A stretch of 64,000 nt of DNA from a virus (Duplodnaviria > Caudoviricetes), in the IMG/VR virus record IMGVR_UViG_3300013121_000020, positions 290,092 through 354,091 of that record; one strand, given 5' to 3'. The notes beneath the pieces are model-generated. The model made no database searches, was not told the origin of the DNA, and was given only the letters and a program-made list of their open reading frames with translations. Both the position numbers and the translations under genes were made by a program. Shown here one piece after another: positions 30,649 to 40,772 of this stretch; within the stretch, counting starts at the first letter, position 1; every line of letters begins with the position of its first letter.

Positions 30649-30793
30649 ATTGTCCTCTACTTTGAGTTTTGCTTTAACACATTTTCAACACGTTAAAACT
30701 TTATAATTAACCATAGTTAATTGTGTTATCGACGTTTGGAGCTAATGTTTATAAATAAAAATTAAAAAGTGATTTAGGCTAGATACGAATCTG

Positions 30794-31162
30794 TTATTTA
30801 ATCATCTTGACCGTAAAACCTGGAGGAAGTTTTAAAAAATTACCATCGTGTAGATGCTTATCACCCTCGATGACTACTACCTTACCTTCCCAAAATACCA
30901 CCGTCTGCACTTTCTTTTCCAGCGATGGTTGACCAGATTCACAACTTGGTGGCTTGCAAATTGGTTGGAGAGAAAATGTGGTGCGTGAGAATTGCACATC
31001 AATAAACTCATATACGAGCCGAAAACCAATTTTATCAAGTATTGAGTTGAGTTTATTTAAAAATTCTTTAGATACCGAATCTTCTCTGGCGGTGAATTCT
31101 AAGTTTTGTTGTTCGCTCATTGTTATCTCTTCGTTGTTGATTTTATTGCAAAGTTTTCTCAA
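30794..31162 (-). CDS. Hypothetical protein
   Basis: 122-aa ORF; the true start may be MSEQQ. Confidence 0.55.
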   Translation of the reverse strand: MRKLCNKINNEEITMSEQQNLEFTAREDSVSKEFLNKLNSILDKIGFRLVYEFIDVQFSRTTFSLQPICKPPSCESGQPSLEKKVQTVVFWEGKVVVIEGDKHLHDGNFLKLPPGFTVKMIK

Positions 31163-31943
31163 GTGCTTCTAACGCCATACGCAAAGTATCTCGTTTACTT
31201 GTTGCGTTGCCATGTTTTCTACCAAGAGATGGTTCAAGATAATACCAACCATCAAAATGTGAATTGATAGCATCGCGCAGTGTGAGACCAATTTTTGCAT
31301 CACCAAAATCAACAGGTTTAAAGCCATATCCTATTTTATAATCTCGAATGTCAATAGCCCCAACAAAACTTTTTAACAATGCCCAATAACGAACAAATGG
31401 ATCTTGATTCTGACGCAATATTAGTTGTACTGGATCATATAACAATTTCCATCGTTTAAATTTCGATAATAATGGAGCAATCTCTATCGGACTGATAATG
31501 CTGGATTCACCAGTTATTTCTAATAATGGAACAATATTTGTTTCTAAACATTTATCAGTTATTAGCTGCATCCATTTATAGATTGCACCAACATTTTCTG
31601 TTGATTGAGTTCCAATATGAAATCTAATATGAGAAACACCAAAATATGATGCAATGTTGAAAATGCGTGTTATTTTAGCGTTGTCAATAGTTGCTAATTG
31701 ATTAACTGGAACTTTACCGATATCTGATATGATCGCAACTATGCTAATATTATTTCTAATTAATTCAGAACGAATTTGCTGATATACGCGATCATCAACA
31801 TCGGAAATATGCCCAACCCACGCATTACGCAAAACCGCATAATGAATGTCAAGATCCTTTAAGGCAGCACATGCTGAAACTATATCATCTCCAGCTTCGT
31901 CTAAATATACTGCCAATTTCAGTTTTTGGATCTGTTCAAACAA
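31143..31943 (-). CDS. Sugar-phosphate isomerase/epimerase-like TIM-barrel (AP endonuclease 2 fold)
   Basis: DEAG, YDP and G.G......FDGWYYLEP patterns. Confidence 0.7.
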   Translation of the reverse strand: MFEQIQKLKLAVYLDEAGDDIVSACAALKDLDIHYAVLRNAWVGHISDVDDRVYQQIRSELIRNNISIVAIISDIGKVPVNQLATIDNAKITRIFNIASYFGVSHIRFHIGTQSTENVGAIYKWMQLITDKCLETNIVPLLEITGESSIISPIEIAPLLSKFKRWKLLYDPVQLILRQNQDPFVRYWALLKSFVGAIDIRDYKIGYGFKPVDFGDAKIGLTLRDAINSHFDGWYYLEPSLGRKHGNATSKRDTLRMALEALEKTLQ

Positions 31944-31974
31944 TGCGTAATCTCATGGGTTGGGCGAACACATA

Positions 31975-33141
31975 CTAAATCATAATTACATGATTTAGTT
32001 GCGGGCCAGTGCCGATGACTGTTACCGGCAACTTAGTCACATCCTCGACCCGTCGAATAAAATCGAGAACCTTTGGAGTCAATTTTTCATATTCATTGGC
32101 TCCACTCACAGAATAGTCAATATAATTCGCAAAATTCAAAGCAATCTTTGTTGCACCATTGACTATTGCCGCTTCTTTTAATTGCGTATCTGAAAAAGTG
32201 AAAACTCTTCGCAAACGTTTAGTAACTGTTGTTAATTCAGTCTTTAACAACGACGCCGCAACATCATTTGGCATTCCAGCTTCATTCGCAACGTCTTGCC
32301 ACGTCAGTTCTTTTTGGTCAGCGTAGCAATCGCCAGAATATCCAGCAATGTTGCCGTTTTCAACTATGTTGCCAACTCTGATTGGAAATGGTCTAATCAC
32401 AAGGAACACGTCACCAAGTTGTAGGTGGCTAATTCCCATATCAGCCATATTTTGCATTGCGGTTGTGCCACGACTTGTGCAATGCGGATAATGCGAACCA
32501 TGGTTGATATCAAGGCTGAAGCCTTGGCTTCCTTCATGCAAAATGGTATAATTGTGCTGCCGCATCAACGTGTACAACATTTCTGGCAAATTCATTGCTG
32601 AATTAATGTTGGCGTTCGGCAATTTTTGCGGTAAATTACCAGATAAATGTTTGTGTAATTCTGGATAGTCTCTTGCCAATTTTAAATCTTTCTTTCGCAA
32701 TATTTTATCAGATAGAAATGTACTGCATCCTTGCATGGTGCTTGCAATGTGTTTTGTCGATGATTGTCCAACATTTTCTGCCTCTTTGTGGGCTGTTGTG
32801 ATGACACCGGCTCGTGGATGAATTGTTAGAGTGTCTTCAACACCACATTGAACTATTTCTTTTTGTAATTGTTCAATATCAAATGCTGCTGTTGCACCAA
32901 CAACTATTTGTGGTTTATAACCTGGAATCCATTGTGTCAATATTGACGCCGACGGTAGTGCTTTCGCCACGAATGCTTGACCATCAGCAGATACTGCTGT
33001 ATGACCAGCGTTTGCCATATTTGTTGTTGAGATGATTTGTGGGCGGCATGTGTTGGCTAAAGCCGTTGTGATTGCTCCTTTCCCACAACTCCCCCAACCA
33101 CCATCAGTGACAACATTAAACGACCCTTGCCGCAAAGACAT
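31975..33141 (-). CDS. purZ: PurZ-type N6-succino-2-amino-dAMP synthetase (PurA paralog)
   Basis: GSCGKG (Ser where PurA has GDEGKG), NAGHT, EGSQG, PIRV, TTVTKRLRRVFTFS and LNFANY. The start is at MSLRQG after a GAGG RBS. Confidence 0.82.
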   Translation of the reverse strand: MSLRQGSFNVVTDGGWGSCGKGAITTALANTCRPQIISTTNMANAGHTAVSADGQAFVAKALPSASILTQWIPGYKPQIVVGATAAFDIEQLQKEIVQCGVEDTLTIHPRAGVITTAHKEAENVGQSSTKHIASTMQGCSTFLSDKILRKKDLKLARDYPELHKHLSGNLPQKLPNANINSAMNLPEMLYTLMRQHNYTILHEGSQGFSLDINHGSHYPHCTSRGTTAMQNMADMGISHLQLGDVFLVIRPFPIRVGNIVENGNIAGYSGDCYADQKELTWQDVANEAGMPNDVAASLLKTELTTVTKRLRRVFTFSDTQLKEAAIVNGATKIALNFANYIDYSVSGANEYEKLTPKVLDFIRRVEDVTKLPVTVIGTGPQLNHVIMI

Positions 33142-33212
33142 AGTTAACCTCGCTTGTGATGTGTTACTACCGTTTATAACACACACGCTATGAAAACAGA
33201 ATGTAATGTTAG

Positions 33213-33608
33213 TTATGCTGATCTAAGCGATGCAGAAGTTGCAATATCATAACCATCATTATCCCACCCAGATAATTGGGCTGCAAAATTGACCTGATCC
33301 AATGTATCATACTGGCTTGTCGATAATAGAGATAAGGCGTCTGGCAAATTTAAAATTTTAATAATTATATCAACAACTTTACCGTCAGTATCTTTTAAGA
33401 TTTGTTGTACTGCTACCAAATTCTTTTGCTGTAATGCTCTTTTTATTTTCTGCGCAAGCATAATAGCTCGCAGTTCGTTAGCTGCACGATCAAGTTCCGC
33501 AGCTTTTGATTTTCGTTCAGCTTCTAACCAGTCGTCATGTCTGACAAGAAGATCGGCGTCTTCACCAAGTTCTTGCACTAAGGTTAATATGCTCATATAA
33601 TTATCCAT
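33213..33608 (-). CDS. Hypothetical protein
   Basis: 131-aa ORF. Confidence 0.6.
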   Translation of the reverse strand: MDNYMSILTLVQELGEDADLLVRHDDWLEAERKSKAAELDRAANELRAIMLAQKIKRALQQKNLVAVQQILKDTDGKVVDIIIKILNLPDALSLLSTSQYDTLDQVNFAAQLSGWDNDGYDIATSASLRSA

Positions 33609-33645
33609 GTTAATGTTCGGTGTTTATTTATTTTTGTAAATAATA

Positions 33646-34350
33646 TTATGTCGTTGGACTGTCTAAAATCGTTTTAAGTTCGTTTGGTTGTTGTAAAAAT
33701 TCTTTTACAATTGTTCTTGCTTGGGTTAGACTTACCGCGAATCGCGATGCGTTTGGAACGCCAGTCACCGATCTTACACTTGCAATATTACCACTAACTT
33801 TAATTGGTGCTCGAATAGCTTGTTGAATCGCTGCTATTGTCGAATTATGGATATCAGAATTTGCTTTGCTTACTTGCAATTTTAATTGGGTGTCTGTCCG
33901 AATAAAAGATGGAGTTCTGACTCCAATAAGGCCACGACACATCGTTAAGATATTGTCCATATCACGTATTGATGTACCAAGCACAAATCGTACTTCTACA
34001 AGCTCACCGATATGTCGTTTTAAAAATTCTGTGATGGCTTTTGCTTCATTACGTGTTGCGCCTTCATCTTTACCACCAGTTAAACATATCTCAAACCCAT
34101 CAGCTTCTAATGCGTCTGTTGATAGTCCACGCAATTTAATATTGCCGAAATTGTCGCCTTTTGGCCAGTCTACTGGTGTTATAATTCCAAAACGACCTTT
34201 TAAACGTCCTCTTATTCTGATGGCATCACCGGACAATCCTGGATGCACTACAATTGCTGGAAATCCGTGGCGGATTGCCAATTCGATACCATCGCTCAAC
34301 TCGTTGGCTTGCATTATATCTAATTCAAGTTTATTGAATATCCCACTCAT
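33646..34350 (-). CDS. DeoC-like aldolase TIM-barrel (divergent)
   Basis: FPAIVVHP...TPVDWPKG, SFIRTDT and IKVSG resemble deoxyribose-phosphate aldolase. The catalytic KTSTG motif is not conserved. Confidence 0.55.
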   Translation of the reverse strand: MSGIFNKLELDIMQANELSDGIELAIRHGFPAIVVHPGLSGDAIRIRGRLKGRFGIITPVDWPKGDNFGNIKLRGLSTDALEADGFEICLTGGKDEGATRNEAKAITEFLKRHIGELVEVRFVLGTSIRDMDNILTMCRGLIGVRTPSFIRTDTQLKLQVSKANSDIHNSTIAAIQQAIRAPIKVSGNIASVRSVTGVPNASRFAVSLTQARTIVKEFLQQPNELKTILDSPTT

Positions 34351-34996
34351 TGGTTTTTTCCTTTAGTAACTGTAGTGTCTGACTGAAGGCTTTTTCTTCT
34401 GTGTCACATCTATATACGTTCTTGCAGTAATAAAATGGTTGCTTTTCAACATTTAATTCATCAAGTATTACAATTGGTTTATTTGCAGCAATTGCGATAC
34501 CCAACTCACAATGAGTGCCATGTCTTCCAGGTTGAACCATAAAAAAGACATCACATGTAAGCACACCATCAACTTCTAATACAGCGCAATCGGCTAGCGC
34601 TGAGTCATCAAATAATTGCCCATGTTTATGCCATTTATACGTTATTAATACATTGTTAATCTCAAATTTTTTAACAATTTGTTTTGCACGCTCTATATTT
34701 AACATAGACGTGCTAACATATACAGATGGTCTAGTTTGTTTTGCTATTTCAATTTGTGAACAATTTGCGCATATTATTCGATTCTCATTTTGTTTTAAAA
34801 CAAATGGATCATCTTGACCACATTTCATGCAGTTACCAGCAACACTATTTTGTAAGCGACGATGATTACAATTAGAACAGACAATCGGTTCATTTAAAGA
34901 TGCTGATTCAATATCAAATGCAAATATCTCATCACAACCGCAATTGCAGGGGTTGTTTGCTATATATTCACGTATTTTTTGACTCATTTTAATCAT
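34331..34996 (-). CDS. Zn-ribbon + nucleoside 2-deoxyribosyltransferase-like protein
   Basis: N-terminal CxxC pairs; C-terminal VYVS...DGV..CD.....GTHCELGIAIA.NKPI. Confidence 0.7.
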   Translation of the reverse strand: MIKMSQKIREYIANNPCNCGCDEIFAFDIESASLNEPIVCSNCNHRRLQNSVAGNCMKCGQDDPFVLKQNENRIICANCSQIEIAKQTRPSVYVSTSMLNIERAKQIVKKFEINNVLITYKWHKHGQLFDDSALADCAVLEVDGVLTCDVFFMVQPGRHGTHCELGIAIAANKPIVILDELNVEKQPFYYCKNVYRCDTEEKAFSQTLQLLKEKTNEWDIQ

Positions 34997-34999
34997 CCT

Positions 35000-35254
35000 T
35001 TATATCGCTTCAATTTTGAAATAGTCATATAATTGTTGTAATGAGTTTGAATTTGCCAAATCCAAATTTAAATCAATTTTATCATTGATTCCAGACACAA
35101 CACAAATAGCTTGTTCATTGATATATAATTTACATCTCATATATATGTCAGATATTAATAAGCAATATTGTAATGGTTGATGTGATAATATCGCAACTGT
35201 AAAACCGCTCCTCACAAACAACACAATCAATGTGTCAAATATTTTATCTATCAT
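35000..35254 (-). CDS. Hypothetical protein
   Basis: 84-aa ORF with an ATGA overlap. Confidence 0.5.
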   Translation of the reverse strand: MIDKIFDTLIVLFVRSGFTVAILSHQPLQYCLLISDIYMRCKLYINEQAICVVSGINDKIDLNLDLANSNSLQQLYDYFKIEAI

Positions 35255-36255
35255 AGCTGATTTGCGTGTTCTATAATTGCTTGAACTGCCGTCTTATGGC
35301 TCATGTGGTTGTATTTCTTAACGAACTCGTGTTCATTGTAATCAGAACAAAACGTAAAACGCATGCGTTGTTCTTTGGTCATTAGATCTGCTGCTACATC
35401 ATAAAACTCAGCTTCTTTTATAAAACGTTCCTTGCGAACTTTAGGATCTACATCTGGATTTTGTCCATAAAAATGTAAATTCCCGTTTATACCATTTGGG
35501 TTCATATCACATCCAAATATATAGATATGATTGTGTCCCATCCACATTCCGATTTGCATTGATGCAAATACTGATGATCTTCCTACATGTAAACCTTTTG
35601 TTAAATCATAACTCCAGCCTTTTCCACCAACATTTTTAAACTGCATGGAGGTTGATTTTTGACGTTTGATTGCTGTACTATTAAAGATTATGCCATCATA
35701 TCCATTCCAAAATGCTTCATGACGTACAAATTGGGAATGATCAAAAAAGGCCCAATATTTAGTTGGCCAAATGCGTTGATCGGGTTTGTTAATAGTTAAT
35801 AATTCAATTTTTGGATGGTTAGTTAATTCATTTAACTCAGCTTCTAAAATCGATGGTCCGTTTCCGACAATTATTAGTATTTTACCGCGACCGCTGTTTT
35901 TTATGGAGGCTATTTTTGCTGCTGATTCTGGTACTGGATCAGCGGTAATATATTTAACTGTTGATTTTGTACTTTTTCGCCGTTGTTTTATTAATTGTTG
36001 TCTAGAAATAATCGATATCGGAGTCCTTTTTGTAGGTTGTTCAACTGGTGTTGGTCGCGATACTGGTTTTGGAGTTGGTGTTGGTGTTGGAGTTGGTGCT
36101 GGGGTGGGCTTTGCAATTTGTCGTTTTAATGACTTTATAGTTGTTGTTTGCGCACGTTTTTGATTTACAACTACTGATACATTTTTTGGATAAGTTATTT
36201 GTGTTTGTCTTCTGACAAGTTGCGGTTTTGCTTTTGTTATAATATTATTCGCCAT
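35251..36255 (-). CDS. DUF115/Maf-like (glycosyltransferase-like) protein with Pro/Thr linker
   Basis: IIVGNGPSI and MG..HIYIFGCD motifs; PTPTPTP linker. Confidence 0.7.
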   Translation of the reverse strand: MANNIITKAKPQLVRRQTQITYPKNVSVVVNQKRAQTTTIKSLKRQIAKPTPAPTPTPTPTPKPVSRPTPVEQPTKRTPISIISRQQLIKQRRKSTKSTVKYITADPVPESAAKIASIKNSGRGKILIIVGNGPSILEAELNELTNHPKIELLTINKPDQRIWPTKYWAFFDHSQFVRHEAFWNGYDGIIFNSTAIKRQKSTSMQFKNVGGKGWSYDLTKGLHVGRSSVFASMQIGMWMGHNHIYIFGCDMNPNGINGNLHFYGQNPDVDPKVRKERFIKEAEFYDVAADLMTKEQRMRFTFCSDYNEHEFVKKYNHMSHKTAVQAIIEHANQL

Positions 36256-36278
36256 ATGTCACTTTTTGTTATTGTAAG

Positions 36279-37052
36279 TCATCTTGTTTTAACAAATTTT
36301 TTGTGGGTGTATACTCGCAAAGATCTGCGTGAGTCTGGCAGTACTCCAGCTTCAGCATCAGCTAAAATGCGATTAATTCCTTTATGATGTCTTGTTCTAT
36401 TATTCATAATTGAATACATTATTCTGTGAATGGTTGTAGTTAACAAATTGAAGACAGGTGCCATACCTGGGGTGTAACGCAATTTGTAAGTTGATAATTT
36501 TTGTATGACTTGGACTAATGCGTCTTGACTTAGCTCATGTTGTTCATCGATTGTGCGTGGTTTGAATCTTGTGGCAATGCCGTTGCAGATTTTACTGATA
36601 TCTTCTATCATGGCACACCATGTTTTGCTTGTTGGTAATTCCTTTAAGTATCCTTTTGCGATAAGATTTGGAACTATTACTGATTGTTGTTGTGGTGGGT
36701 GGTCTAATTGATGAAGGGGTGAGTCTGATAAAAGCGTTAAATCTTCGTCCAACGGCAATTTTTGTTTGTTTTTGCCATGTGCCATACCAGTTGGTTGTGG
36801 GACGCCATCGTAACTGTTAAAATAGATTGGAGTAGCTAATGCGATACAATGAGCACGAATTGGATAGGATGGATCTTGTAGAACTTTGCCGTTTCGACGT
36901 ATTGGGACACCGTTATTGTCTGTTGACACTCCAATAACTTTAGTCCACAATAATCCTAATTCTCTATACTTTTCAAGAGTTGGTACTTGAGATGACAATA
37001 ACCAATAAAACCAGTTTTGTTCGAGTTTTTCTGAATCACAATATTGAGGCAT
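36279..37052 (-). CDS. Phage sigma-factor-like protein
   Basis: The C-terminal I.KICNGIA.RF....ELSQDAL......Y.P...VFN.LTT.I resembles sigma region 2 of phage late sigma factors. Confidence 0.5.
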   Translation of the reverse strand: MPQYCDSEKLEQNWFYWLLSSQVPTLEKYRELGLLWTKVIGVSTDNNGVPIRRNGKVLQDPSYPIRAHCIALATPIYFNSYDGVPQPTGMAHGKNKQKLPLDEDLTLLSDSPLHQLDHPPQQQSVIVPNLIAKGYLKELPTSKTWCAMIEDISKICNGIATRFKPRTIDEQHELSQDALVQVIQKLSTYKLRYTPGMAPVFNLLTTTIHRIMYSIMNNRTRHHKGINRILADAEAGVLPDSRRSLRVYTHKKFVKTR

Positions 37053-37118
37053 GAGTTAATCCTTGCCACATTATGTTGCGGTTTATAAGATAACCAAACA
37101 CGTTAAAACGTTCTAAGA

Positions 37119-38462
37119 ATGCTAATTGCATTTTTAACGTGCACTAAGGAGTTTGCGATGGCTAAAGTTCGTCAATTGCCAGAACTATATTTGCGAGGAT
37201 CGCTTGCCAATATAACAATGGCCAATCTAACACAAGACCAAAAAACACACGCCAACACAATTGTCGATTATGTGACAAATCACCCGGACATGAGAACTCA
37301 TAAACATAAGGTAATGAAAAAATTCGGTGTCACAATCGGTGCCGACTATGCGGACGATAAAGAAAGCGCAGAACAAGAATATAGAATCGCAGTTTGGAGA
37401 GGGGTAATCAATCTATTTTATCATCGGAAATATAGTTTTCAATGTCGTGCTTGTGGACAGTCACACTACATGACAAAACGATCAAAACCCAAACCCATCG
37501 ATCGCATTCAAACTCCATGCCCAAACTGTCGACAAATTGAAGTTACAGACCCAGGAGATGTAGCGGATTTAGTTAAAGGACAATTTATCACTATCGATGA
37601 ATTTCAAGCGTCCTATAAAAATATGCCAAATGGTTTGCGTGCGCCAACATACAATTCAACAATCAACTATGTTGAAGGCGAGCTTCGATACTTAAATCCA
37701 AATAATATTATAAACGATGACAAGCAATTACAAAAATTCTTCGGCGAATTTGTTTGGAATTATTTTAGACAACAAATTAACGAAAACAAGAGAAAAGAAC
37801 ACCGTAAAGAACAAGAAATCATAGGCCCAGCAGATTATATCATCATGCAAGACATAATCTCGCTATGTCTTCGGATGAAAATTGATTATAATTTTTGCCA
37901 AAGGACAGAACCAAGCGATGGGAAGTATACCATTAGAGTTTCTGGGTTGCTTACAGCCCCCGAATTTACTGTAGAGCTTGGACTAATCAGAGCGCGTGCA
38001 GTAACACATGACATTAAAGTCACGGCGGATAGTACTGGAATTTTTGTTCATTTAAATTCAAGTGCTCCGCATATTAAAACAAGAATATTGCGTCCAGAAC
38101 ACGTGATGATTCTCGATAGTTTTTCATGTGTTGATAACCAGGATAGTGGTTATCCAACATCTCAAATTAGTCATCGAACAGTGGGGACTGAACGCATGGA
38201 CCAAGAAGACCACATTCAGATGTATGAATCTGGCGAATCGATTGAAACTGTGCGAACAGCTTTGCCAGATGGACATTGTAGGGATGTTTTTGACATTTTA
38301 TGCCAGCAAGGTGAAAAATACCTTCGGTTTTCTGAGATTTACGGCGATGGTGAAGCAAGAATAAATCATATCGCTACATTTCTTGGAATAACGACGAGAG
38401 CAGTTAATAATTACAAACAAATAATCGAGGTCCAGTGTCTAGCGAACGATTTAGTACCGTGA
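37119..38462 (+). CDS. Zn-ribbon/HTH protein, sigma-like transcription factor candidate
   Basis: CRAC...CPNC and a C-terminal IATFLGITTRAV helix-turn-helix. Confidence 0.55.
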   Translation: MLIAFLTCTKEFAMAKVRQLPELYLRGSLANITMANLTQDQKTHANTIVDYVTNHPDMRTHKHKVMKKFGVTIGADYADDKESAEQEYRIAVWRGVINLFYHRKYSFQCRACGQSHYMTKRSKPKPIDRIQTPCPNCRQIEVTDPGDVADLVKGQFITIDEFQASYKNMPNGLRAPTYNSTINYVEGELRYLNPNNIINDDKQLQKFFGEFVWNYFRQQINENKRKEHRKEQEIIGPADYIIMQDIISLCLRMKIDYNFCQRTEPSDGKYTIRVSGLLTAPEFTVELGLIRARAVTHDIKVTADSTGIFVHLNSSAPHIKTRILRPEHVMILDSFSCVDNQDSGYPTSQISHRTVGTERMDQEDHIQMYESGESIETVRTALPDGHCRDVFDILCQQGEKYLRFSEIYGDGEARINHIATFLGITTRAVNNYKQIIEVQCLANDLVP

Positions 38463-38731
38463 ATCAATCTCAGGTACACCTAAAAAGACTTGATATATTT
38501 TTAGGTGTACCTGATGGCACTTCGTTTGATGTTCTTATTAAACATCGTGATCCTGAAATAATAAATCAAAAATTGTCGAAGTGGGGTATTATATTAGATA
38601 GATATGGTATGGTTCCAAAAGACCAACGCCATAAATGGAAGCAATTAATGCAAGAAGCTGAAATTTCGAAAAGATATTGGAAAGATTTCGATATTTTAAT
38701 AGATGATAGAGAAATAGACGAATTAGCTTAA
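38435..38731 (+). CDS. Hypothetical protein
   Basis: 98-aa ORF. Confidence 0.5.
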   Translation: MSSERFSTVNQSQVHLKRLDIFLGVPDGTSFDVLIKHRDPEIINQKLSKWGIILDRYGMVPKDQRHKWKQLMQEAEISKRYWKDFDILIDDREIDELA

Positions 38732-39472
38732 AGCGGCAACTCTTACCCCAGCGGTTTTTGGGTGGTCAAAATTGGTACTAGATCGGCCAAAATCAAAAAA
38801 CGCTGGTTCTCTTCCTTTGAATGCCATATTTCCGCCGTGTGGGTCTTGAGATAGTACGCCAGTTCGTTCTTGCACATCAAATAATGCATCAACAACTTTC
38901 TTTACGATTCCAGGCATAGATGGATCAGATTTACTTCTAGAATCTAGATAACGATCGACCACCACTCTGACTACAGATTCAGGATCTTCTATAAAACCGG
39001 CGTGATCATCTAGATAACTATACACAGCATTACCAGCCGCTCGCATTTTCTTACCAACTCCTGTGTTTAATCGCTGCATTGCAATCACAAACAAACTGCG
39101 ACGGCGACCAGTATTTTGATCATCAATTGAAAAGACACGTTTTACATCATAAATGTTGGCCGCATGTGGTGAATCATGTCCTTTTAACACTGCTGCGGCG
39201 TTTGCTTCTTTTGGATCTGTGGTAAATTTTATAATATAATCATTACCTATTGGATAAGCGCGGCCAACTCCACCAGCCATTGGTTTACCAACAACACCTT
39301 CAATTCCTAAAGATTTTAGCCAATTTATAAATCGTTGATCTTTAATGGTTGAAGTTGCCCATTCTTCAGGCCATGACAATTCCCTATTTTCGCTAATTGT
39401 TATATTACCATACAATTGCATGATTCCAGCAATAAGTGGATTTGTTTCACAATACAATGACGACAAATGCAT
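38723..39472 (-). CDS. Protein-kinase-like (Ser/Thr or APH fold) protein
   Basis: GGVGRAY, IIKFT, DPHGGN and FDFG motifs. The start is at MHLSSLYCE after a GGAG RBS. Confidence 0.7.
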   Translation of the reverse strand: MHLSSLYCETNPLIAGIMQLYGNITISENRELSWPEEWATSTIKDQRFINWLKSLGIEGVVGKPMAGGVGRAYPIGNDYIIKFTTDPKEANAAAVLKGHDSPHAANIYDVKRVFSIDDQNTGRRRSLFVIAMQRLNTGVGKKMRAAGNAVYSYLDDHAGFIEDPESVVRVVVDRYLDSRSKSDPSMPGIVKKVVDALFDVQERTGVLSQDPHGGNMAFKGREPAFFDFGRSSTNFDHPKTAGVRVAALS

Positions 39473-39650
39473 ATTATCTCCAAACAATTATTTTGAATCG
39501 TCGCCTTGAGTATGTTTTATTTTTCCAGCGGAGAAGTGAGTTACTTCAATTGTATGCTTATCCACCCATTTATACATTAGTCCTAGTAGTCGTACACGTC
39601 TTGTCCCTGGCGTAATAGGTGTTCGTTCAATTTTTCGAACAGTTGCTTTG

Positions 39651-40553
39651 TTATTCATGCGCATCATCCGGTGTTGACCAAGATTCATCTTGTGCAACGT
39701 TTATGTTTATTATCCCAAGACAATTTTGCTTCCATTTCGGCCACGTCGCCACTTCAGCAGACGCCTCTTCTAAATGTTTTATAAATGCTTGTTTCTTGCC
39801 CTCTGGCTCGTACCGATTCCCATTAACATCATGCTGCATCCCAGCCTCGCGACGTGCCCAATCGAGAGCCGCATCGCCGACATTCGAACGCAGCACCGCG
39901 ACGTCGCGGCAGTTTGAAAGCGCAGACCAATAACGCGATGGCAGTCGATCCACTCCGCCCAGGTAGAAGGTTTCGTTTCCGCTAGACGCCAAAATGTCGA
40001 GGGTGGAGAATAGTAGTTCCGTAACGGGAAGCATTCGCACCAACCCGGCACCCGTCGACGAAGCAGTTCTAAAGAAGCCGTAAAAAGTCTCACAGTGATG
40101 GCAACGGCAATCAGTGGTGTTATCTAGGTGTTCGATCCACAAATCAAGGTTGGCCCACCGTACAAAAAAAGCCGGGTAAAACACGCCGTCCTGATGGCAG
40201 CTCGATATTGTTTGCGTCGATGTCGAAAATCGTGCCGTGGCTTTTTCGGCTCGCATCTCAATCGACTTTCTAAATCGCTTGAGACCGCCCAAGCTGTCGA
40301 ACTGCTCAATTAACCAGTGTGCCATGAGATCTCGCGGGAACTCGCAGCAGAAGCGAACTACTTCCTTATTGTCGATGGTGTGGAGATTCTCCATCATCCA
40401 CCGAAGGAGATAAATCACTCGTCGCATCTGCCGTCGAGCCAGCGCGGAACTTTCGTAATCGGCCTCGACGACCATCTCGTCGATCACCGGCCCTAGGGCC
40501 TGCGGCCCGTGGTCGATCGCGGTTTGCAAGCCAGCTTGGAAATCAAAGCTCAT
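39651..40553 (-). CDS. Hypothetical protein, anomalously GC-rich
   Basis: 300-aa ORF, visibly GC-rich over about 39830-40550. Confidence 0.7.
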   Translation of the reverse strand: MSFDFQAGLQTAIDHGPQALGPVIDEMVVEADYESSALARRQMRRVIYLLRWMMENLHTIDNKEVVRFCCEFPRDLMAHWLIEQFDSLGGLKRFRKSIEMRAEKATARFSTSTQTISSCHQDGVFYPAFFVRWANLDLWIEHLDNTTDCRCHHCETFYGFFRTASSTGAGLVRMLPVTELLFSTLDILASSGNETFYLGGVDRLPSRYWSALSNCRDVAVLRSNVGDAALDWARREAGMQHDVNGNRYEPEGKKQAFIKHLEEASAEVATWPKWKQNCLGIININVAQDESWSTPDDAHE

Positions 40554-40558
40554 ATATA

Positions 40559-40771
40559 TTATGTACCGACTTTTTGATCAGTCTCTGTGTCGTCGTCATT
40601 CACCCACACAAATTGACTGTTCGGCCAGACTGGATAATGATTATTACATCCTGAACAATAAAGCGCAGCATAAAAACCCGGACTACGCGCACACAATTCA
40701 GCCATGTGGATATTCATGACTGTTATTGTGCCGCATTTAATATGTTTATATTTTCTACGAATTGGTCTCAT
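40559..40771 (-). CDS. Small Zn-binding phage protein
   Basis: RPIRRKYKH..CG...YCSGC..HYP...FVW...KVGT pattern. Confidence 0.6.
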   Translation of the reverse strand: MRPIRRKYKHIKCGTITVMNIHMAELCARSPGFYAALYCSGCNNHYPVWPNSQFVWVNDDDTETDQKVGT

Positions 40772-40772
40772 A

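Noticed and set aside
31975-33141. Canonical purA
   Set aside because: It lacks GDEGKG and the TKxD GTP-specificity motif, and carries PurZ-type residues instead.
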